From Candidatus Harpocratesius repetitus (GTDB lineage Archaea; Asgardarchaeota; Lokiarchaeia; Sigyniarchaeales; Promethearchaeaceae), in the NCBI GenBank assembly GCA_021498095.1, contig JAIZWK010000001.1, positions 3,870,001 to 3,902,000 on the forward strand: a stretch of DNA of 32,000 nt. The letters are read 5' to 3'. Of the stretch, positions 16,573-25,417 are shown in pieces; the stretch's first letter is position 1, and each line of letters opens with the position of its first letter. The notes below the pieces were generated by a model. It saw only the letters and a list, made by a program, of their open reading frames with translations. It made no database searches and was not told where the DNA came from. The translations under genes and the position numbers were made by a program.

Positions 16573-17824
16573 AAAATTAGCAAAATATTCTTGGATGGTA
16601 GATATTTTTAAAAAGATGGGAAAAGCAGAGCGAAATAATTTCATTACTGGATACAAAAACCGTAAACAGTATTATACCATGGAAGGTATGAAAGCAAATC
16701 TAAAAGATTTACTTAAATGTGCAAACTGTCCTAATATGTGTCGCTTTGATTGCCCAACTCTTCAAATATCTAAACGTGAAACATATTCTCCAGCAAAAAA
16801 GGCTCAAATCGCCTATTTCTTAGGTATGAATTATATTCCATTTGAAGAAAAGAGCGCTCAAAATGCATTATATGCTTGTGTTACATGCGATGCATGCCGT
16901 GAATGGTGTCCAATGGATATTTCAACAGGCGATCTTCTTGTAGAAATGCGCCAAGAATTGGATCAAAAAGGATTAGTCCCTGAATCCGTTCAAGTATTGA
17001 AGAATAGGGCAAACAAAAATGGAACGATCTTTGAAGAAAGTCCATTCTATAATAATTCAGAATTCAATATAAATGACCCAGACCCTGAAGTATTTTATTA
17101 CATTGGCTGCATGGATATCCAAAATCGGCCAGAAACTGTTCGAGCCACTATTCAATTATTACGGCATCTGAAAATTCCCTTTGCAACCAGACTTGATCAA
17201 CGCCAATGTTGTGGTGGACCAATATATAAGGCGGGATTTCGCAAAGAAGCGAAAAAAATTTCGACTCAAAATCAGCGACTCCTTCAAAACTTTTCAGGAA
17301 AAACTGTGATTACCAACTGTCCGGGATGTTTTGCCACTTTAAATAAAATTTATGACAATTTGGAAACACCAATTAAAATAAAAGTGATTCATTCAATTGA
17401 ATTTTTCTTAGAAAAAATACAACAAGGTGTGCTAAAACTAAGTAAACCTGTAAATAAAACCATTTGTTTTCATGATCCATGTTTAATCTCACGCAGCTCA
17501 TCTGTGAAGAATTATGTAGCAGATTTTCGAGAACTTTTCAAACTAATTCCAGGTATAAAATTGCAAGAGCCTCTTTTACATGGAAATGAAACAAGATGCT
17601 GTGGAATGGGAGGAACATATGCGGTATCAAATCCTTCAAATGCATTAAAACTGCATATTGATCGTTTTAGTCAATTACAAGAAACAAATAGTGATTTAAT
17701 TGTTTCAGCTTGTTCTACTTGTGAATATGCATTTAAAAAAGCACAAATCGAGACAAAGTCAAATGATACACAAATTTTGGATTTTATTGAATTATTGGCT
17801 TTAAGTATCGATCAAAATAAATAA
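16559..17824 (+). CDS. (Fe-S)-binding protein, GlpC/GlcF/HdrD-type with CCG domains
   Basis: CANCPNMCRFDCP, CVTCDACREWCP, two CCG motifs (QCCGGP, RCCGMGG), TNCPGC and SACSTC. ATG at 16559 follows AAGGAG and overlaps the upstream stop region, so it is preferred over TTG at 16511. Confidence 0.9.
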   Translation: MEVFKKLAKYSWMVDIFKKMGKAERNNFITGYKNRKQYYTMEGMKANLKDLLKCANCPNMCRFDCPTLQISKRETYSPAKKAQIAYFLGMNYIPFEEKSAQNALYACVTCDACREWCPMDISTGDLLVEMRQELDQKGLVPESVQVLKNRANKNGTIFEESPFYNNSEFNINDPDPEVFYYIGCMDIQNRPETVRATIQLLRHLKIPFATRLDQRQCCGGPIYKAGFRKEAKKISTQNQRLLQNFSGKTVITNCPGCFATLNKIYDNLETPIKIKVIHSIEFFLEKIQQGVLKLSKPVNKTICFHDPCLISRSSSVKNYVADFRELFKLIPGIKLQEPLLHGNETRCCGMGGTYAVSNPSNALKLHIDRFSQLQETNSDLIVSACSTCEYAFKKAQIETKSNDTQILDFIELLALSIDQNK

Positions 17825-17847
17825 AAAATATAGTAAACGAATTTTTT

Positions 17848-18036
17848 TTGTTATTGGTAATAAATAAAGCAAATAGTAACGCAGTTGTTGATAAGGTTCT
17901 GATGCATTTTTTACCTGTATTAAGAAGTATAAAGAATCGCTTTGGGGTAATCTCACAGTCGCAGTATGATTTCTATAAATGGGCCATTGATCAGGAGGAT
18001 ACAAAACATATTTTGCATATATTTGGAAATAACTGA
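17848..18036 (+). CDS. Short hypothetical ORF or gene fragment
   Basis: 62 aa with TTG start and protein-like text, but no recognisable motif. Confidence 0.25.
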   Translation: MLLVINKANSNAVVDKVLMHFLPVLRSIKNRFGVISQSQYDFYKWAIDQEDTKHILHIFGNN

Positions 18037-18157
18037 AATCTGAAGCGGGAGGTCCTTTCTAAACTTTTCTGATTTGAAACTGGTTTTTTATTTTGAATAT
18101 CATTTTGTGAATCATTTTGAGCATTTCCAAATGTATCGTACTCATTTATCAGAAGAT

Positions 18158-19077
18158 TTACATTATCAATTCATAGCCACTTTTCAATTTAAATTTGGGT
18201 CTAAACTTTTTTGCCCACCTTATAAATCGCTCATGCAATTCCTTATCTTTAATCTGTTCAGCAGCAATTATAGCATAGTCCATAAATTTAATCCGCTCAG
18301 CGGTCCATGTGGTTTCAAAGCCATATTCTTCAAAAAATAGCTTTTCCCACTCCTTATAACGCTCGAGATTCTCCTGCTTTCGGGGATGGATGAACGAATC
18401 AAAATCATACATGAATTCCTCACTGTTTTCAAATTGGGTGCAGTCCCAAAACTCAATCGGCAGAAATGAAATATGGGGGATGTGAGGGAGATCCGAAATG
18501 TTAATCCACAGCCTTGGGTTATGGGTAAATTCAATCGGAATCTCCTTAACTTCCCGCAAACCGTCTAAATCCAATTTTTTTAATGAGAGGCAGAAAGCCC
18601 AATTGATGGGAATTTGCTTCATGCGGTGCTTTCCGTCATTTTTCGGCGGCAGCGTAATTTTTTCACCATCGAACATATTTTCGTAACGCTCGTTATAAAA
18701 ATCTTCAACAATTGAAATTTTCCGCAGTCGATAGCAGTGGGCGAAATCTATGTTGTAATCGTCTAAAACGGCAGTTAGAGTTCTGAATTCCCGCAAATAT
18801 TGATATTGGTCGCACTTTAGGGGGATTTTAATATTAGTAAAATCCGAAATTCGAATATATTCTATTTTAGGCGGCCATTTAACCACCCGCAGTTGATTTT
18901 CTCCGGTTATTACGATTTCTCTGCAGTTGGTAAAAGCCGAAAAATTAGCTTCATTATTGGAATAAATACAATCATATGCTTTTAGTTTGTAAATTTTTCA
19001 TATTCTTTCAGCAGATTTTTTAATATTTGTTCAAGTTCATTTACTGTTTTTTTCAGGTATTTTGTCAAATAACTCAT
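18158..19077 (-). pseudogene. LRR-like repeat protein, frameshifted near its 5' end (or a homopolymer sequencing error)
   Basis: The 18158..18886 frame stays open upstream to ~18998. ATG at 19077 gives MSYLTKYLKKTVNELEQILKNLLKEYEK, which joins IYKLKAYDCIYSNNEANFSAFTNCREIVI if one A is added to the run at 18994-18998. LxxLxL-like units: CYRLRKISI, CLSLKKLDLDGLREVKEIP. Confidence 0.6.
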
Positions 19078-19334
19078 GATTATTATCTCTATTAAATGCT
19101 AAATAAAATTTTATTGTTATCTATAAATACATTTCTAAAAAAATCAGATCTCCTTTCCTCAGTTTAACTAACCTATAGAACGTTTTTACGGATTTTTTTG
19201 TCAGTATGTCAAAATTGACAAAAGTTTTACGGTTTTAGGCATTTTACATCATGATAGTAAAGTTATGCTATCTGCAACTCAGTAATCTTGACCTACAGAC
19301 CTACAGTTCTGACATGGTATATGAATTTTTTTTG

Positions 19335-19871
19335 TTATTGTTCTTCTTTTAGTGTAAATCTCCACGCACAATAATACTCTTTGGGATGTGGATCAGGTGG
19401 GCAACAAATACACTCTGTTTCAATGCGTGGATCAATAGTTTTAGCAAAAAAACCATACTCCACAATACCTACAGACTTGCAAGGAAAATCCGGTAAATTC
19501 TTTCGATTTCTTGCTGTTTGAACTCTACAAGCATTCATATGAAACTCACACGAATTTTCGGTGATATTTACTGTTTCTTGTATGTTAATATTTGCATAAA
19601 GACGATATTTCAAAGCTTCAACCAAACCGGGGATTCCAGGATTATCAGGTAGATTAAGAAACTTTTTAATTCTTCGAGCTTCTATTTGAGTAAATTTTTC
19701 CCAAGCAGCAATATCATATTTCATAGCAGTTTCAATATTAGTATCTTTTTCGATAGATTGAAACCACAACCCGTCATGTGCCAACCAATTCTTAGAAAGA
19801 AGTTCACAATAGTCCATTAGTTGTTCTTTTGATAATTTTTCTAAATCATGTCGCATAAGTGGATTATTCAT
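19335..19871 (-). CDS. DUF6125-family protein (ATC hydrolase / V4R-like fold)
   Basis: NWLAHDGLWF, CRVQTAR.RK.LPDFPCK.VG, CICCPPDPHP and CAWRF. Confidence 0.85.
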   Translation of the reverse strand: MNNPLMRHDLEKLSKEQLMDYCELLSKNWLAHDGLWFQSIEKDTNIETAMKYDIAAWEKFTQIEARRIKKFLNLPDNPGIPGLVEALKYRLYANINIQETVNITENSCEFHMNACRVQTARNRKNLPDFPCKSVGIVEYGFFAKTIDPRIETECICCPPDPHPKEYYCAWRFTLKEEQ

Positions 19872-19904
19872 TGTTCTTTCAAAAATTTTTTTGAATATTT
19901 ATCC

Positions 19905-20509
19905 ATTAATGCAAATTTATTCACCAGTAATAAACCAATTTTTGTCTTCAATCATGTTCACCAATTAATACATATTTATTCACCAGATAATAAACCAATT
20001 TTTGTCTTCAATCATGTTCACCAATTAATGCAAATTTATTCACCAGATAATAAACCAATTTTTGTCTTCAATAATGTTCACCAATTAATACATATTTATT
20101 CACCAGAAAATATACCAATTTTTGTCTTCAATAATGTTCACCAATTAATACATATTTATTCACCAGATAATAAACCAATTTTTGTCTTCAATCATGTTCA
20201 CCAGTTAATGCAAATTTATTCACCAGATAATAAACCAATTTTTGTCTTCAATCATGTTCACCAATTAATGCAAATTTATTCACCAGATAATAAACCAATT
20301 TTTGTCTTCAATAATGTTCACCAATTAATACATATTTATTCACCAGAAAATATACCAATTTTTGTCTTCAATAATGTTCACCAATTAATACATATTTATT
20401 CACCAGATAATAAACCAATTTTTGTCTTCAATCATGTTCACCAGTTAATGCAAATTTATTCACCAGATAATAAACCAATTTTTGTCTTCAATCATGTTCA
20501 CCAATTAAT
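19905..20509. repeat. 60-bp tandem repeat array (~10 units) with a 240-bp higher-order repeat
   Basis: Unit CACCAGATAATAAACCAATTTTTGTCTTCAATCATGTTCACCAATTAAT(A/G)CA(T/A)ATTTATT with six variable sites. 19981-20220 is identical to 20221-20460. The first unit has a 1-bp deletion. There are no unique spacers. Confidence 0.97.
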
Positions 20510-20529
20510 TTTTGTTAATTTCATATGAG

Positions 20530-20900
20530 CGATTATTTTTTCCTGATCAAAATTGATCAGTTTTTGATTTGTAGCGATTAAGCCTTTATCAACATTTGAT
20601 AGATTAATAAAAAAATAAAAATCCTGCATAATTTACGCATTTACCAATATTCCATCCAAATTTGAAATTTGTCGATCAAAAATTTAGAACTTTTTTTATC
20701 ATTTTCAACTATAATTTGATTAAAAATAGTCAAAAATCAACCCATAATTATATTTTTTAAAGTTCATCTTTGCCGACTGAAATAATTCTTGGATAAGTTT
20801 GATTATTGTCGGAAAATGAAAGAATAATATGGAAATTCTGTCAAAAATAAAGAAGTTACTAGAACCTCATATATAATAATCAAAAAAAAAACTTCAAAAA
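20530..20900 (-). pseudogene. Decayed gene remnant running into the tandem array
   Basis: Protein-like fragments lie in different frames: FSDNNQTYPRIISVGKDEL*, FLTIFNQIIVENDKKSSKFLIDKFQIWMEYW* and MQDFYFFINLSNVDKGLIATNQKLINFDQEKIIAHMKLTKINW*. Confidence 0.35.
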
Positions 20901-20970
20901 AATCATTCTAAAAAAATTTAGGTTCATTGCACTTATTCGAGATCACTGATTAGTGATTTGGAGTTAAACA

Positions 20971-21600
20971 ATGCCATCGAATTTAGGATTTGTTGTAAAT
21001 TTAGATAATATTTTATTAAATAATTATTGGCGAAAATTTTATTCATATTTAGAATTGGGATGGGATGAAGCATCTATTCAAGATTATTTATCAAAAAAAG
21101 AGAATATTATTCAAATTGCCACTTTTAACACACGATCTGTTTCTTTTGCTGCAAGTTCTAGGAGAAATAGGTTTTATGAAGTTTATAATCGAGAAAATAT
21201 GTTGGAACAAGATGTCGCTTGGGAAGGCGCGATTGAATCAATTAATAAACTTGCAAATTCATATCAAATTTTTGTGATTTCTTCTAGATCTAAATCATTA
21301 GAAAAAAAAACTCGTGAAGTAATGCAGAATTTGGGCTTTCCACTAGATGATATGGTTTTATTTTTCAAAAAACCGACAGATAAATTATATCTTTATAGGA
21401 AAAAAATGATGGAAAAAGTAGTTGAAACATGTCCAAAAGGCGTCGGAATATGTTTAAATCCTAGTGATCGAATGATTTTTGATCGTTTTTCATATTATCC
21501 AATAGCATTTACTTCTCAAAAAAATCCAGACGATTTTCATGATTCATTCGAAATTATATGTAATTCATGGGCAGAAATATTATCAGCTTTAAATGTATAA
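20971..21600 (+). CDS. HAD-superfamily-like protein with degenerate catalytic motifs
   Basis: Motif I FVVNLDNILL (Asn replaces the nucleophilic Asp), motif II IFVISSR, motif IV-like GICLNPSD. Confidence 0.7.
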   Translation: MPSNLGFVVNLDNILLNNYWRKFYSYLELGWDEASIQDYLSKKENIIQIATFNTRSVSFAASSRRNRFYEVYNRENMLEQDVAWEGAIESINKLANSYQIFVISSRSKSLEKKTREVMQNLGFPLDDMVLFFKKPTDKLYLYRKKMMEKVVETCPKGVGICLNPSDRMIFDRFSYYPIAFTSQKNPDDFHDSFEIICNSWAEILSALNV

Positions 21601-21624
21601 AAATTATAAAAAAAATGAGAAAAA

Positions 21625-22224
21625 ATGAGTATGCATCGGCTTTCTAAAGAAGAACGTTTAAAAAAGTTAGCAGAATTAAAGCGTCAAGAAAAAGAAAAGC
21701 AAAAATCTATTGATGCTGCTGAAAAACTATTAGATTTAGCAAAAAAATTTGCAAATCAAAAAAAATTTATTACTGCAAGAGAAAAATACTTAGAAGCAGC
21801 AAATTTCTTTTATAAAATTAAATGGATAGATCAAGCAAAACTTCTTGAAAAAGAAGCAGAGAATATGAAAAAAAAGATGGAAGAATTAAAAAAAATCACT
21901 CATCGACTTAAAGAACAAGAAAAGCAAAAATCACAAGTATATGAACAAAGAGCAGCGAAAATCATTGCAAAAAAAGAAGAAAAGCGAAAATTACAAGAAC
22001 AACAAAAGCATAAGCTAACTCCAGAAATTCAAAGGAAATATGAAGAAGCAGAATTTGTCTTAGCAAAAGCTGAAAGAAAAGAAAAACAAGGAAAATTTAA
22101 AGGGGCAATTCAAAGATACAAATTTTTAATAGAATTATATGATGAACTTCAATTTCCCAACGAAAAAATCGTAAAAATCCAAGAAAAAATTAAAGATCTT
22201 CAATTTAATTTGGAGCAAACATGA
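21625..22224 (+). CDS. TPR/MIT/SNAP-like helical protein with charged coiled coil
   Basis: Two helical hairpins (AEKLLDLAKKFANQKKFITAREKYLEAANFF and AEFVLAKAERKEKQGKFKGAIQRYKFLIELY) flank a K/E/Q-rich coiled coil. Confidence 0.8.
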   Translation: MSMHRLSKEERLKKLAELKRQEKEKQKSIDAAEKLLDLAKKFANQKKFITAREKYLEAANFFYKIKWIDQAKLLEKEAENMKKKMEELKKITHRLKEQEKQKSQVYEQRAAKIIAKKEEKRKLQEQQKHKLTPEIQRKYEEAEFVLAKAERKEKQGKFKGAIQRYKFLIELYDELQFPNEKIVKIQEKIKDLQFNLEQT

Positions 22225-22255
22225 TATTTTCTAATGATTTTTTGATGTTCTTATT

Positions 22256-24253
22256 CTATTTTTCCATTTCATTAAGATCAAATAAATCATTGTTTGGAAT
22301 AGTATATTTATTATGGCAGACTGGACAAGAATTATATTTCTCGATCCACCATACTGCACAAGTATAATGGCTTAATGATCCACAAAACTCACATTTTATA
22401 AAGTGATCTTCAGCAACATTGACAGTTTGATGGCAAATAATACATTTTTTAGATTCTAATCCCGAATCTTTAAGTAATTCTTCAAGTTTTTTAGAAAATT
22501 TCTCTCGCTCTTTAAGATATCGCGATTTTACTTCATCAATTTTCTGTAATTTTTGATCAATTCTTTCGAGTTGTTTTCGTAAATCAATTTCTGACATTTT
22601 TTCTGGTTGAATTAAATCAAGTGATTGAATCATTGAAGAAGAATCAGGGGTCGTATAACCAGATAAATTTTCAAAAAAATCTTGTTCAGATTGCAGAACT
22701 GATTGATATTTGTTGAAAATTGAAGTTAAGGTGTTTCTTATAGTAAAACTAGCTTGATTAATGATACTTTCAAATTTTTTAGTCCAAGTTTCCATTAATG
22801 AGAAAACATTCACATCCTTATCTTGATATTCCTTAAAAGTAGAATTCATCTTTTCTTGGAGATTAAGGAATTTTTCCTTATATTGAGAGATTTCTTGAAC
22901 CATTTTTTCAAAATCTGGTAAATTAGATTCAATAAATGGAATTGTTTGAAGTTGATAATTACGTAATAAAGATTCTAGTTCAATTATAGAATTTTCTATT
23001 TTTTTTTCCAATTCCATCTGATTTTTGTTTTGTCTAAGAGTTTGAGTATATTGATCGAAATCTTCAATAGTACGAGCAATTTCCCCTCGAATTTGCCCAA
23101 TTTGTTTTTTAATCGATTCTACAGACTTGCTACCTTTAAAAAAATATTTCTTGTAATCTGAGATCCAATCTTCTAGTTCATTTATAATAAGAAAAATAGA
23201 ATTAGTAAGAGTCTGAAGTGCTTGGCTTGTTGCGACAAGATCTCCTTCATATTTTTTAAGAAATTCATCTTGTTTTGCCTGTAGGTGGGAATTAATTATA
23301 TGTCGAATTTCTTTTAATCCCAACTCTTTTGGGTTTTCGAAATTAATACCAATCTCATGGATTTTGCATAAATCTTGAAAATATTGACAAGTATAAGAAG
23401 ATATTTTTTGTTCGATCTTCTTTTGAAGCTTTTTCTTTTCTTTTGATGAGATTGAGTTGGTATTATCATCAATAAAAAGAATGTGATTTTGAACTAAAAA
23501 TAAGCAAAACTCACAAAAAAGAGAATTATATTGAAAAGTGGTAATTTCTTCAGGAAAAGAGGAACTAATAAAATCATTCCATGAAATAGGTAATTCTTTT
23601 TGATTTTGTAATTCGTGTATTAATTCTTGCACAAGTTGAAATTCATTAAGAAAGAGAAAAACAGAGTTTTTTTTATCAGATAAAGAAATTAAGGGATTTA
23701 CAACAGAGACAAAATCAAACCAAATAGAAGCAGGATGATTGTAAATTGTTTTTAAATTGCTTAATGAAAATAGATTTGAATCATTATCTTTTTTTGACTT
23801 TTCATCAGAAATATCAATATTCCAAGAATTTTTTAAGACATTTCTTATTTCAGTTGAATATTCAGTCAATAGAAGCAAGATCTGGCTGATTTTTCCAAAA
23901 AGATTAGTTTTTGATAATTTAATATTTATAGATTTGATTTTACGAGAGATATTCGCAAGGATTACTTGCATTCGATACATTTCAACAAAAAGTGCAGTGG
24001 GAATAAAGTAAAATTCATCTGAATTCCTTTTTAATAACTCAATGAATGCTTGAATCGATTTTAGAAATTTTAAATAATATTGCCAATCTTTAGGAAGAGA
24101 ATTTTTTTCAATATTTTTTATTATGGATAGATCTGAGATTATATTCCCTTTCTCATCAATTACTGAATCAATTTTTTTTTCAAATTGTGTAAAGAATGAA
24201 TACTTATTATCAAAAAAATATAATTGCTCACGTTCCTTCATATTAGTTCGCAC
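22256..24253 (-). CDS. Long coiled-coil protein with C-terminal RING-type zinc finger (putative E3 ligase)
   Basis: C-x2-C-x13-C-x2-C-x4-H-x2-C-x10-C-x2-C at 22316-22444, with Trp after ligand 6. Extensive heptad region upstream. Confidence 0.85.
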   Translation of the reverse strand: MRTNMKEREQLYFFDNKYSFFTQFEKKIDSVIDEKGNIISDLSIIKNIEKNSLPKDWQYYLKFLKSIQAFIELLKRNSDEFYFIPTALFVEMYRMQVILANISRKIKSINIKLSKTNLFGKISQILLLLTEYSTEIRNVLKNSWNIDISDEKSKKDNDSNLFSLSNLKTIYNHPASIWFDFVSVVNPLISLSDKKNSVFLFLNEFQLVQELIHELQNQKELPISWNDFISSSFPEEITTFQYNSLFCEFCLFLVQNHILFIDDNTNSISSKEKKKLQKKIEQKISSYTCQYFQDLCKIHEIGINFENPKELGLKEIRHIINSHLQAKQDEFLKKYEGDLVATSQALQTLTNSIFLIINELEDWISDYKKYFFKGSKSVESIKKQIGQIRGEIARTIEDFDQYTQTLRQNKNQMELEKKIENSIIELESLLRNYQLQTIPFIESNLPDFEKMVQEISQYKEKFLNLQEKMNSTFKEYQDKDVNVFSLMETWTKKFESIINQASFTIRNTLTSIFNKYQSVLQSEQDFFENLSGYTTPDSSSMIQSLDLIQPEKMSEIDLRKQLERIDQKLQKIDEVKSRYLKEREKFSKKLEELLKDSGLESKKCIICHQTVNVAEDHFIKCEFCGSLSHYTCAVWWIEKYNSCPVCHNKYTIPNNDLFDLNEMEK

Positions 24254-24400
24254 TAGTGGAAATGATCCATAATAAAAGAACTTTAATGATATAAAGAGGC
24301 AATTTTCACTATTCCTTAAAAAGAGAACATTATCATATTATTGTAACTTATTCATTTTATCTAAATAAATTGAATAATAACATTTGGAAATGCAAAAATA

Positions 24401-25363
24401 ATGAAAAAAGTAAAATTTTCAAAGAAAATTCGTGGCATTTTTTATGCTTTAATTGTGTTAATTGGAAATGGGATACATCCGATTATTAATAACTCACGAC
24501 CGTCCTCATTAGAACCAATTCCATTCGTATTAATGATGACTTTATGGGAATTTTTAATTTGCCTACCTTTCGTTATTTTTGAGAGAAAAAATGAAAAAAT
24601 TACACCCAATATAGATTTTTCAATAAAAAAAATATCAAAAAAGATTAAATTTCAATTAATTTTAAGATTGATACTAATTGGAATTCTTTTTACGGTGGCA
24701 GGTTTTTTCTATGTGGAAGGTATGAAAAAAGCGGGTGCAATTCCCAGTTCAATCGCTTTAAAATCATCTCCAATTTATGCATTAATAATAGGTGCTATTT
24801 TTCTACAAGAAAAAATATCATATTCCCAAATTTTCTTTACAGTATTAATGCTAACAGGTTTATATTACTTAGGAACAGAGGGGACATGGAATATTGGCCA
24901 ATTCTCAATTTGGTTTGGTGTTCTTCTTTTAGTACCACTACTATGGATTATCGGTCATTCGTTAACTAAGCCATTACTTGAATCACAAACAATTTCACCT
25001 TTTCAAATAATATTAATCAGAACAGGTATTATGGTATTTATATTTTTCTTCCTTTCAATAGTAATTTATGGATTTTCAAGCACATTAAATCAATTAATTG
25101 AATTTCCAATGTTAAAATTTAGCTTATTTATGGGGATAACATATTTCTTCATGCATTTCTCTTGGTATAATTCAATTACTACAATTTCAATCTCATATGC
25201 AAGTGCATTGGTGACCCCTTCTCCCATTATAACTGTAGTGTTAGCGACTATGTTTTTGGGAGATTCTTTCGAATTTTATCACCTAGTTGGTTTAATAATT
25301 AGTATAATCTGTCTGTACGGTTTAATAATGGTTAACAATACAAGTAATAAAAAAAAAGAATAG
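24401..25363 (+). CDS. EamA/DMT-family transporter
   Basis: About 10 hydrophobic helices in a duplicated arrangement. Motifs IALKSSPIYALIIGAIFLQEKIS and PSPIITVVLATMFLGD. Confidence 0.88.
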   Translation: MKKVKFSKKIRGIFYALIVLIGNGIHPIINNSRPSSLEPIPFVLMMTLWEFLICLPFVIFERKNEKITPNIDFSIKKISKKIKFQLILRLILIGILFTVAGFFYVEGMKKAGAIPSSIALKSSPIYALIIGAIFLQEKISYSQIFFTVLMLTGLYYLGTEGTWNIGQFSIWFGVLLLVPLLWIIGHSLTKPLLESQTISPFQIILIRTGIMVFIFFFLSIVIYGFSSTLNQLIEFPMLKFSLFMGITYFFMHFSWYNSITTISISYASALVTPSPIITVVLATMFLGDSFEFYHLVGLIISIICLYGLIMVNNTSNKKKE

Positions 25364-25417
25364 GTTTTTTAAATAATAAAGAAAGATTTGGAGGAAGTTG
25401 ATTATTTACAGATGAAA

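Noticed and set aside
13779-18686. ORFs 13779..14021, 15803..16063, 16048..16230, 17801..18004, 18074..18340, 18268..18534, 18498..18686
   Set aside because: These are antisense shadows of, or overlaps with, better-supported genes.
19170-19310. TGTCA-N4-TGACA palindrome (19207-19220), two TTTTACGG copies and a GACCTACA duplication (19290-19305)
   Set aside because: These are short, isolated and have no consistent pattern, so they are too weak to call an operator or element end.
3083-20500. TGA-as-Trp recoding (TGA at plausible Trp positions near 3083, ~12090, ~19000-19050 and in the array)
   Set aside because: The same broken genes also contain TAA/TAG stops, intact genes use TGG for Trp and TGA as stop (e.g. 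22224), and TGA in a -1 frame arises naturally from NNT-GAA codons.
19905-20509. Tandem array as a CRISPR array
   Set aside because: The units are contiguous near-identical 60-mers with no unique spacers, and no cas genes are in the window.
19848-20528. 226-aa plus-strand repeat protein as a confident CDS
   Set aside because: Its ATG lies antisense within the DUF6125 start, its first part reads repeat-derived sequence in a different frame, and an open frame through a 60-bp repeat needs only one stop-free 20-codon unit. It is kept only as an alternative in the findings.
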